From positions 1 through 48,795 of the forward strand of contig CAZQWR010000003.1 of NCBI GenBank assembly GCA_964597085.1: a DNA stretch of 48,795 nucleotides, in the 5' to 3' direction. Positions 9,149 through 18,200 of this stretch are shown here, in pieces (within the stretch, counting starts at the first letter, position 1; every line of letters begins with the position of its first letter). This stretch comes from an uncultured Cryptobacterium sp. (lineage in GTDB: Bacteria; Actinomycetota; Coriobacteriia; Coriobacteriales; Eggerthellaceae). The notes beneath the pieces were generated by a model. It searched no databases. It had not been told where the DNA came from and worked only from the letters and a program-made list of their open reading frames with translations. Made by a program: the position numbers and the translations under genes.

Positions 9149-10735
9149 CTACGCGCTCATAACGGCATCGGCTGTTTTGAAGAAACGCGCCTGATGAACG
9201 AATTCCTTGGGCACGCTCATGGTGAGCAGCGCGGTATGGTCGAACGCCTTCGGGTTCATCACCTTCACCACTTCGGCATCGCACACCACTTGGCCAGATC
9301 GGTCGAGCGCCTTACCCTTCGCGCCCTTTTCAGGCAGCGGGTAAAACTCGTAAGGAAGGGTTACCTGAGCCGTACCGTCGCCCATGTCCTCGTTCACCAA
9401 GAAGATGGCCTGGCCTGGGCAGAAGGCAACGCACTTGCCGCAGTTGCTGCACTCGGCATCAGTATTGATGGTGGGCAGAATGGTGATGTTCGAACCAACG
9501 TTGATGCAATGGCGCGGGCACACGTCCTGGCACGGGTTGCACGGGATGTTCTGCGTGCACTCGATAACTGCATGCCAGCCCTCCGCGTGGCGCACGCCGC
9601 CGAACGAATCAACTTCTTCGTCGGTTACAAAGCCCTTCTTCAGCAAGCTCTGCGAAAGGGGAATGCCCTCCTCGGTTTCGGTGAACACCTTGCCGCGGTT
9701 CTGCGGGGCGAACATGCCAATGCGCAAGCGATCCAGCGCATCGAAGTGCTCCTGACGGTCGGCCTTGGCCTGCTCTTTATCGATGAAGCCCAAGAACTCT
9801 GCAGCAGAAACGGCAGCAATGCGGCCCTCGATCATAGCCGAGCTCGCCTCTTCAATGCCCGCTGCGTCGCCGGCAACGAAGATACCCGGTACGGAAGTAG
9901 CGCAGGACTCATCGCTCACCGGGATGCGGCCACCGCGCTCAACCATGTCGCAACCCGCCATATCAAGCAGCTGCGATTGCGGCGAAAGGCCAACGGCCAG
10001 GCAAATGGTGTCAACATCGAAGTGCTTTTCGGTGCCCTCGATGAACTGAAAGTGGCTGTCCACCTCGGCAATGGTAACGCCGGTTACATGATCGGTGCCT
10101 TCAGCCTTCTTGATGGTGTGCGAAGTATAGAACGGCACGCCGGTTCGGGCCAGTTTGGAAGCATGCACACCGTAGCCGCCAACGCGGGGGCCCGCATCAA
10201 CCAAAGCAACCACTTCGCAGCCTGCCTGCAGAAGCTGGTAGCTCACAACCAGGCCAACATTGCCGGTGCCCAGCATCAGCACCTTTTCACCGGGGCGCAC
10301 GCCGTTCAGGTTCATGAACATCTGGGCAGCGCCCGCGCCGATAACGCCTGGAAGCGTCCAGCCTTCGAAGGTCACGGCATTTTCGGAAGCGCCCGTGGCA
10401 ACGATGATGGTATCGGCCTTGTAGTGCTCGGTGCGGTCTTCGCGGTGCACCAGCACCTCGTTTTCGGGGAAGATGCCCATTACCACGCTGTTCAGCTCTA
10501 CTTGCACGCCCGCTTCGGCGGCCTGCTTCAACAAATCCTGGCCAATGGTAATGCCGCGCAGCTTCGCGCCGTGCTCCTTGGAACCGAAGAACTTGTGAAT
10601 CTGCTTGAACAGCTGGCCACCGGGACGGGAGTTCTCGTCGAACACCACAACCTCAAGGCCGTATTTTGCCGCCTGAATGGCCGCGCTCAAACCAGAAGGG
10701 CCGGCGCCTACAATGATCAGGTCATATCGCTTCAT
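9149..10735 (-). CDS. NAD(P)/FAD oxidoreductase (SoxA/HcnB/OoxA-like alpha subunit) fused to a 4Fe-4S ferredoxin domain
   Basis: GAGPSG, GGQLFKQ, ATGA, GWTLPGV, FVAGD; C-terminal CTQNIPCNPCQDVCP and CSNCGKCVAFCP; ATG 10735 is 8 nt from GGAGG. Confidence 0.9.
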   Translation of the reverse strand: MKRYDLIIVGAGPSGLSAAIQAAKYGLEVVVFDENSRPGGQLFKQIHKFFGSKEHGAKLRGITIGQDLLKQAAEAGVQVELNSVVMGIFPENEVLVHREDRTEHYKADTIIVATGASENAVTFEGWTLPGVIGAGAAQMFMNLNGVRPGEKVLMLGTGNVGLVVSYQLLQAGCEVVALVDAGPRVGGYGVHASKLARTGVPFYTSHTIKKAEGTDHVTGVTIAEVDSHFQFIEGTEKHFDVDTICLAVGLSPQSQLLDMAGCDMVERGGRIPVSDESCATSVPGIFVAGDAAGIEEASSAMIEGRIAAVSAAEFLGFIDKEQAKADRQEHFDALDRLRIGMFAPQNRGKVFTETEEGIPLSQSLLKKGFVTDEEVDSFGGVRHAEGWHAVIECTQNIPCNPCQDVCPRHCINVGSNITILPTINTDAECSNCGKCVAFCPGQAIFLVNEDMGDGTAQVTLPYEFYPLPEKGAKGKALDRSGQVVCDAEVVKVMNPKAFDHTALLTMSVPKEFVHQARFFKTADAVMSA

Positions 10736-10747
10736 CTTCAACGCCTC

Positions 10748-11080
10748 CTATTCCGCTGCTTCGGTGCCAGGCGCTGCCGTTACACCGTATTGGGTTTGCA
10801 CGGTCATGCCTGCACGCACTGGCGTGATACAAGTGCGCACGTTGGGCTTGCCGTCTACCACCATCACGCAGTCGGTGCAGCGGCCGATGGCGCAGAACAC
10901 GCCACGCGGACGGTCGAGCTTCATGGTATGGCGGTGAACCATCACGCCTGCAGCTTTCAACGCTGCGGCAATGGGTTCGCCTTCGTAGCCTTCAATGGGC
11001 TTGCCGTCGTAGCTGAACGTTACCAACGGCCCCTTTTCCGGCTCACCCAAAATAGGGTGGAAATCAATTCGTTTAGACAT
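10748..11080 (-). CDS. [2Fe-2S] subunit (Fer2_4, HcnA/OoxC-like)
   Basis: GEPIAAAL, RGVFCAIGRCTDC...VRTC motif. Confidence 0.9.
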   Translation of the reverse strand: MSKRIDFHPILGEPEKGPLVTFSYDGKPIEGYEGEPIAAALKAAGVMVHRHTMKLDRPRGVFCAIGRCTDCVMVVDGKPNVRTCITPVRAGMTVQTQYGVTAAPGTEAAE

Positions 11081-11196
11081 AGCTGGTCCTAACAAAGGGG
11101 AGTTTTGCAGAGGTGCCGCCAGGTGAGGTTCGAATCTGGCGGCACCTTTTGAGAAAGGGGCTTACAAGGGCGGGCCCCCTGAAACTGGTTGCGGGA

Positions 11197-12336
11197 TTAT
11201 GCGAACGTAGGGGCGTCCCACAGGTGAAGCTTGGTGCCAATGCCCATCTTCACGGCGTTGTCGTAGCAGTACTTGCCCCAGGCAACGTCTTCTACAGGCA
11301 TGCCGCCAACGCTCATGGTAATAACCTCGTCTTCACTTTCGCGGCCGGGCGCCTTGCCCAGCAGAATGTCGCCCATGGAAATAATGCGGTCGCGGGTAAT
11401 AAGGTCGTCGTGCACCATGTCGGTAAACTTGCAGCCGAAGATGTCCATGCCATAGCCGAACGTGGGGTACGGATACTCCTGAGCCCAAGCGTCGTACAGG
11501 CCGATGTCATCAACCACCAGCTTGCACTTGTCAATGAGGAACTGGTCTTCCACGTCGTAGGCCGAAGTGCCCACAATGAATGCGCCCGGCTTCACCCATT
11601 CGCCCATCACCTTTGCGTACGTGTTGGGATCGGAAGTTGCGGTGGCGCCGAAGTACACGCAATCGGAATCGCGAACCAAAGCCTCCAGGTTATCCACTAC
11701 TTCGATGGTGGTGAACTGCGGATGGTGTTCCTTTACATAGGCAACGTAGTTGTCAATGCCGCGCTGGCTGCGGCCCTTGATCTTCACGGTGTCCATCTCG
11801 GGGCATTCAGCCGCAAACGCATCGATTGCAGTGCGGCTCATGCCGCCCGGGCCGTAAATGCCCAGAACCTTGGAATCCTTACGAGCCAAATGGCGAATGC
11901 CAACGCCGGGGATGCCGCCGGTGCGGTAGGCCGAAAGCAGGTTGGCGGAAAGCAATGCGATGGGCGCACCGGTGTCTTTATCGTTGAGCATCACCATAAG
12001 AATGGAGCGCGGCAAGCCCTTTTCCTTGTTGGCGGTGTTGGAGCCGTACCACTTGCAGCCAGCCATATCGAAGGGGCCGCCCAAGTACGCAGGCATTGCC
12101 ATGAAGCGGCGATCTTCGCCCTTGTTGGTGGGCATGTTGGGAAACGGCGAGGTTTCGGGGAAGGTAACCATGCAACCATGGGAGGTACCATCCTTGCCGC
12201 CCATCATAAAGTCGCCAACGCGCAAGCACTTCAGCACCTCCTCCATCGTGTCGATGCAGTCAGAGATGTTCATCACGCCTGCCTTGATCATGTCTTCCTC
12301 GTTGAGGTAAAGGAAATCAACTGCTGGATAACTCAT
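11197..12336 (-). CDS. Ornithine cyclodeaminase/mu-crystallin family protein (long TynB-like subgroup)
   Basis: FLYLNEEDM, FMAMPAYLGG, KWYGSN, LSAYRTG, GRESEDE, VGGMPVEDVA; ATG 12336 with GAGGAGG RBS. Confidence 0.87.
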   Translation of the reverse strand: MSYPAVDFLYLNEEDMIKAGVMNISDCIDTMEEVLKCLRVGDFMMGGKDGTSHGCMVTFPETSPFPNMPTNKGEDRRFMAMPAYLGGPFDMAGCKWYGSNTANKEKGLPRSILMVMLNDKDTGAPIALLSANLLSAYRTGGIPGVGIRHLARKDSKVLGIYGPGGMSRTAIDAFAAECPEMDTVKIKGRSQRGIDNYVAYVKEHHPQFTTIEVVDNLEALVRDSDCVYFGATATSDPNTYAKVMGEWVKPGAFIVGTSAYDVEDQFLIDKCKLVVDDIGLYDAWAQEYPYPTFGYGMDIFGCKFTDMVHDDLITRDRIISMGDILLGKAPGRESEDEVITMSVGGMPVEDVAWGKYCYDNAVKMGIGTKLHLWDAPTFA

Positions 12337-12531
12337 TGGGGGCCTCCTCATGCCGGGCAAATGTTTCCTTGCTTTGCTTCGCGAAACGTACCCGCTTCGC
12401 ATGCCTAAAATTATTCGCAGCGGCGTTAACGCAGGGTTTCGGCGCTATGAAGCCCTCTTTGCCAAGTGGTGTTCAACTTGGGTCTTTTTCTGCACTTGCA
12501 TGTAACGGAAAAGCTGCAGTTTCGTTAAGGC

Positions 12532-12568
12532 AAAAAAGAAGGGCGAGCAGGTTGCCCTACTCGCCCTT
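12532..12568 (-). terminator. Intrinsic terminator after amtB
   Basis: AAGGGCGAG/CTCGCCCTT stem followed by TTTTTT on the minus strand. Confidence 0.75.
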
Positions 12569-12586
12569 GCGTTTCACCAGCTGTTT

Positions 12587-13921
12587 CTATTGGTCCAAAC
12601 CAGTGAACGAAGGATAGCCGGATTCACCATGAACCGTGGTATCCAGGCCGATGTTCTCAACATCTTTCGAAACACGCAGCGTGCCGCCGAAGATGGCCTT
12701 GGCAATGAACCCAATAATGGCCGTACCCACGCTTACATATACCAGCGTTACCAAAACTGAAAGGCACTGGCTTCCCAATAGCGCTGGGTCGCCCGTATAC
12801 AGCAAGCCGCCCAAACCATTGGTAGAAAGTTCGGGCATGGCAAAGATTCCCGTAAGGATGCAGCCCACGATGCCGCCCACACCATGGCAGCCAAAGGCGT
12901 CCAATGCGTCGTCCCAACCCAGCTTGCGCTTCAGCACTGCAATGAAGTAGTAGCAAATGGGTGAAGCAATAAGGCCCATCACAATGGCAATCATGGGGTT
13001 CACAAAACCGCATGCCGGGGTAATAACAACCAAACCCGCCAAAATGCCGGTGCACCCGCCAACCAGCGTGGGCTTTTTGGTAGTCAAGCGCTCAACCGCA
13101 AGCCAGCTTGCAGAACCCGCGCATGCTGCAAGCAAAGTGTTGCAAATAGCTAAAGAGGCATAGCCATTAGCCGCCAATGCCGAGCCGCCGTTGAAGCCGA
13201 ACCAGCCAACAAACAGCAAACCGCAGCCAATAACCACGGCAGAAACATTGTGCGGACGCACCGTACGCACATCAAAGCCCATGCGCTTACCCAACATAAT
13301 CGCCAACACCAAACCGCCCAGGCCCGAACAAATATGAACCGCGGTGCCACCGGCAAAGTCCAACGCACCAATCGCGTTGGAATTGCCAATAAGGCCGCCG
13401 CCCCACACCATATGCGCCATAGGGGCATACACCAGCAAGCTCCACACGGGCAGAATGAAGGCAATGGCGCCGAACTTCATACGGCCGGCAAGTGCACCGG
13501 TAACAATGGCGGCCGTAACCATAGCGAACGTCGCCTGGAACGCAACATCCATCAAGCCTGGATAGGTTCCCACGGCAACGTCCGCGTAAGTAGCATCGGC
13601 AGGCGTGCTGCCCGCCGCAGAAATCATCTCGTCGAGCGACCAGGTTGAAAACACTCGGTCCAATCCGCCAACAAACAGGTTGACCACGCTCACCAGGTTG
13701 CCGTCATCGTCGTAGGGGGCATCACCACCATAGGCAATGGAATCGCCGATGATGGCCCACAGGCAACCAATTATTCCCATTGCCAAGACGCACATGAGCA
13801 TGGTGTTCACCACGTTCTTTCGCCTAGACAAACCTCCGTAGAACAGGGCAAGGGCTGGGCTCATAATGAGCACAAAACCGCAGCTCATGATCATAAATGT
13901 AGTTGTACCGGGATCATACAT
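12587..13921 (-). CDS. amtB: Ammonium transporter
   Basis: LALFYGG, DFAGGTAVH, GWFGFNGGS, DDALDAFGCHG (twin-His). Confidence 0.96.
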   Translation of the reverse strand: MYDPGTTTFMIMSCGFVLIMSPALALFYGGLSRRKNVVNTMLMCVLAMGIIGCLWAIIGDSIAYGGDAPYDDDGNLVSVVNLFVGGLDRVFSTWSLDEMISAAGSTPADATYADVAVGTYPGLMDVAFQATFAMVTAAIVTGALAGRMKFGAIAFILPVWSLLVYAPMAHMVWGGGLIGNSNAIGALDFAGGTAVHICSGLGGLVLAIMLGKRMGFDVRTVRPHNVSAVVIGCGLLFVGWFGFNGGSALAANGYASLAICNTLLAACAGSASWLAVERLTTKKPTLVGGCTGILAGLVVITPACGFVNPMIAIVMGLIASPICYYFIAVLKRKLGWDDALDAFGCHGVGGIVGCILTGIFAMPELSTNGLGGLLYTGDPALLGSQCLSVLVTLVYVSVGTAIIGFIAKAIFGGTLRVSKDVENIGLDTTVHGESGYPSFTGLDQ

Positions 13922-14173
13922 GAGCTTATCCTTCCTGTTACGAGGGAATGGGGAGTTGCTATTGGGAGGCTCGTAACAGCTGAAATTCTAAGAAGCGTAT
14001 GTTTCAAGATTTGTTTCAGCCAGGGATGTAATAGGCATTTGAATCAACGTGCATATGGCTGAAACCCTGAAGCAACGAAGGTGAAATGTGGCGCGCCTAA
14101 GGTACTAGATCAAGGACCGGCTAATCGGTATCATTCTTTGAACTCCCCTACCCAAAGAAAGAAGAGGATGACC

Positions 14174-15127
14174 ATGCCCAACGCAATCCACAACAGGAAA
14201 GTAGCCGTAATCGGCTGCGGTTTCGTAGGCTCCACCACAGCTTTCAGCCTGATGCAGAGCCGCCTGTTCTCTGAAATGGTTTTGGTTGACATCGACCAGC
14301 AGCGCGCCGAAGGCGAAGCGCTCGACATCAGCTCTGGCATCCCCTACAACACACCCATGAACATCTACGCTGGCACCTACGCCGATGCAGCAGACGCCAG
14401 CATCGTCATCATCACCGCTGGTGCCAATCAGAAGCCCGGCGAATCGCGTCTGGACTTGGTGCAGAAGAACGCTGCCATCCTGAAGGGCATCGTTCCCGAA
14501 ATCATGGAGAATGGCTTCGATGGCATCTTCCTTGTTGTTTCCAACCCGGTAGACATCCTTACCCAAGTGGTACTGGAACTTTCCGGCTTACCGAAGGAGC
14601 GCGTAATGGGCTCGGGCACCGTACTCGACTCCAGCCGTTTGAAATATGCGCTGGGCCGCCTGCTTGAAGTAGACCCGCGCCACGTTCATGCCAAAATCAT
14701 CGGCGAGCACGGCGACAGCGAGCTTGCCGTTTGGAGCGCCGCCAACGTTTCGGGCATTGCTATCGACGACTTCTTCGAACTGCGCGGCATTCAAAATGCA
14801 GAAGAGGTCCGCTCCGAAATCGAGGAAAGCGTACGCAACAGCGCCTACGAAATCATCCAGAAGAAGCGTGCCACCTACTTCGGCATTGCTCCTTCCGTGC
14901 GCCGCATCTGCGAAGCCATCGTGCGCGATGAAAAATCCGTTATGACGGTTTCCAACTATCGCGAAAACGTGCGCGGCGTAGAAGGCGTTGTTATGAGCCT
15001 GCCGGCCATCGTTGGCAGCTGCGGCGTGGAGTTCCCTATTCCTATGCATCTCAACGAAGACGAGGTAGCACACCTGAAGGCTAGCGCCGAAACGCTTAAG
15101 AAAACCCTTTCGAAGGTTGAGCTTTAA
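14174..15127 (+). CDS. ldh: L-lactate dehydrogenase (start 14174 or 14168)
   Basis: GCGFVG, TAGANQKPGESRLDL (Gln specificity position of LDH), SNPVD, GEHGDS. Confidence 0.92.
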   Translation: MPNAIHNRKVAVIGCGFVGSTTAFSLMQSRLFSEMVLVDIDQQRAEGEALDISSGIPYNTPMNIYAGTYADAADASIVIITAGANQKPGESRLDLVQKNAAILKGIVPEIMENGFDGIFLVVSNPVDILTQVVLELSGLPKERVMGSGTVLDSSRLKYALGRLLEVDPRHVHAKIIGEHGDSELAVWSAANVSGIAIDDFFELRGIQNAEEVRSEIEESVRNSAYEIIQKKRATYFGIAPSVRRICEAIVRDEKSVMTVSNYRENVRGVEGVVMSLPAIVGSCGVEFPIPMHLNEDEVAHLKASAETLKKTLSKVEL

Positions 15128-15188
15128 TTTTCCTGGCTGGCGACCGAGCCGTCCTGGGGCAGGAAGCCGCTCAGGGCACCCAGACAAT

Positions 15189-15217
15189 AAAAAAGCCCGC
15201 ATTAGCGGGCTTTTTTT
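15189..15217. terminator. Bidirectional intrinsic terminator
   Basis: AAAAAAGCCCGC-atta-GCGGGCTTTTTTT between convergent genes. Confidence 0.9.
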
Positions 15218-15237
15218 CGTTGGTATTTTAAAACGGC

Positions 15238-18200
15238 CTAGATGCTCTTCAGCATCGCCATTACAAAGTTGCTGGCGTCCTCCAAAGCCTTCGGATCAAC
15301 GTTTTCGATGATGTCGTTATCGGCGCTATAGAGGGCGGTGTTGCCATCGGCCATGCCGGCTATGGTAATTGCCTGCACGCCGTGGGCCATGGCTACACCG
15401 GCGGGCGTTTCACGTGAAGCAATGGTATCCATGTTGAAGCGCACACCCGACTTTTCACCAGCCTGGCGCAGAACGCGCTTCAGGCGGGAAGAGATCTTGC
15501 GAGGCTGGTATGCGCCTTCCTGCTCAATACAGGAAAGGGTGCCAGCGCCCAAAGCCTCAAGGTTCACCACAATGGCTCCTCGCAACTCATCAGCATGCTC
15601 GTTCAGGAAAGCATTCATACCAGAGTGGCCGTACTGTTCTGCGCCCAGGGCAACGAACCAAACCTCGGTGTTGATATCAGGGTGACGGAAATCCTGCAGT
15701 TTGCGCAGCTCACTGTTGATCTGAGCCGCAGTTGCGCTATCGCCATCGATACGCAATGCGGGGTTTTCATCTACATAGCCTTCATCAAAAGCTTCAGCGG
15801 GCATGGCCTCATCGGCAACAGGCTCCTCGGTTGCAGAGCCATCGCGTTTCAAGCCCTTACGCAGACGGTCGAGGGAAAAAGCACCGCCGTTCCAGCCGCG
15901 ACCATTGCCGTTGTCGTTGTAGTCAACGTCTACAAAATCGCCAGACTGCTGGTAGTTCTCCTCTTCCTCACGGAAGCTCGACCAATCACCGCGAGCCTTG
16001 CCAACGCTGCGAGCGTTGTAATTCTCGTCCACATTAACCCATTCGTTAACCGAAACCTCGGGCTGCTTGCTCTTCTTGTTCTTGCGGAACTTGCCAAACA
16101 AACGCCCTGCACGCGACTTGGGCATCTCGACATAACCTGGGCCTGCGAAGGCACCGGTTTCGGTGTATTCCTCGTCGTAGGCGGAGTCGTCGGCATCGTC
16201 CACATACACTTCCTCGGGCGGAAGGTCGGAAACCAGCTCATCGGTTACCGGGGCAAAGGCGCCGGTGCCGCCAACGGTAGAGAAAGACCCTGTGGTAGAA
16301 ACTGCCTGGTTGGCTGCAGCATCGCCCAAGCTCGGAAGATCCAGGCTCGGTGCAGACTGCGCAGGGAATGCACCCGTATTGCCAATGCTCGGAAGCATGT
16401 TGGAAAGCAAGGCCCTGCTACCAGCTTGGGAGTTTACGTTGGTATCGGCCATAGGAGCGCGCTGACGGGTTTCCTCGCCTGCGGGAGCATGCGTGGCAAC
16501 CACATCGGGCAGCACTATAACCTGTCGTGCCGGGCCCTGTTGCTTAGCCTCAGAAGGCTCGATGGCAGGGACCATGTTCTCCATGCCAAGAATCGGAGAA
16601 GCCGTAGCGGGCTCAGCTGCGCTGAAATCGTCCGCCTCGTCTTCCTCGGGCAAGAAGTTTGCGTTCTCGTAATCGTAGGCATAGGAATCGTTGTAGTACC
16701 CCTGCTCTTCTGCGGTCGGTACGCACCCGGCAGAATCAGCAGCGTATTCGTCATCATAAGAAACTGCCACGCGCTCAGCTACCTCATCCAGGTGGCGAAT
16801 AGGCTGTTCGTCTTCCTCGAATTCTTCCTGATCCATGAACTGGGAAACATCAATAGGGGCCATGGCTGCGGTCATGCCTGCAGCAGGAGCTTCCTGCACC
16901 TGCTCATCATCGTCGTAGCGCTCTTCGCCCTCGTCAAAGAATTCATCCTCGACGTACTCTTCTTCGGAAAGGTAATTGTCAACGGGAGCATACTGCTCTT
17001 CTACATACTCTTCCTCGCTGTAATACTCATCCTGGGGCTGCTCGGGCTCTTCATGGCGCTGAAGGAACGCGGGCTTGTGCGATGTGATGGACTTCAAACG
17101 GGAAGCGAAGGAGCGTGCAAACCCAGCAGCATCCGAAACAGAGCGGCGGCGGGGCACCTCAGGTTCTTCCTCGACTGCGTCCATTTCGGGCTCGGCGTCG
17201 GAAACAGCCTGCTCAACATAAGAATCTATAGGATTGGTAGCTTCCGTAACCGGCATCTCGCCCGTAGCGGCAGCGGCAACCGTCTCCTCGTTTACAACAT
17301 CCATGGGCGCGGTCTGCGTTGCAGTTTCGCGCTCGGACTCAACCTCGGCGGCAGAGTTAGTTTCGGCCTCTGGCTTAGAAACAGGCTGGGGCTCAGGCTT
17401 GGTGCTTTCCTTTTCAGCGACGGCTTTTGCCTCGTTTTCCTCATGAACATCGAAGGCCTCGCGCTCAGCTTCGCGGGCTGCATGCAAATCGGCGGCAATG
17501 CCGTGAATCTTATGAGCACGATGCGGCGCAACACGCGGAGTAGGCTTCTTCGGAGCCTCGGCACGAGAAGATGCGCGCTTGGTCACCTCGGCAATTGCCT
17601 CTTTATCAATAGATCGAGCAGGAGCTGCTGCGGTTTCACGAGAAACAAGCTCTTCAACCTTAGCGGGCGCCTCAGATACAGCGGCAGGCTGAGCAACTGA
17701 ATCAGCAGCTTCGGAAACCACTGGGTGTGGCGCAGCAGGTGCGGAAGCTGCCGATGCTGCAGTTGCAGGCTCGGCAGCAACTGGTGCAGGGGCAGATGCT
17801 ACAGCAGGCTCGGAAGGCTCCGCAGCAGCGGCCTCTTCCTGAGCGGCGGGCTCAGCAGTAAATTTCGGAGCCTCTGCAGCGGCAATCTCTTCGCGCATCG
17901 CCTGCAAACGGGCGGAAAGCTCGCTTTCATCGCCTGCGGCCGCCTCACCAGAAGCGGCAAACAAGTTCGCTGCAGCAATGTTGGCTGCAGCTATCTGAGC
18001 TGCAGGGGCATCTGCGTAGCGGGAACGGTACGACTTTTTAGGAGCATCGAGCTCGGGCTTGTTGGCGCGTGCCTTTTCCTGGGCCTTCTTTGCCCAGGAA
18101 GGAGTGCTGCCGGTTGATGTTGCAAATCCAGAAGCACCGGTAAGCGCAGCGGGCACAGCGCGCTCGAAGGAGGGGCGCTCGGGTTCGGGTGCCGGTGCTG

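Noticed and set aside
6865..11080. Naming the operon hcnABC or soxBDAG
   Set aside because: Fold-level similarity only; no SoxD/SoxG or folate-binding domain, and the architecture differs from HcnABC.
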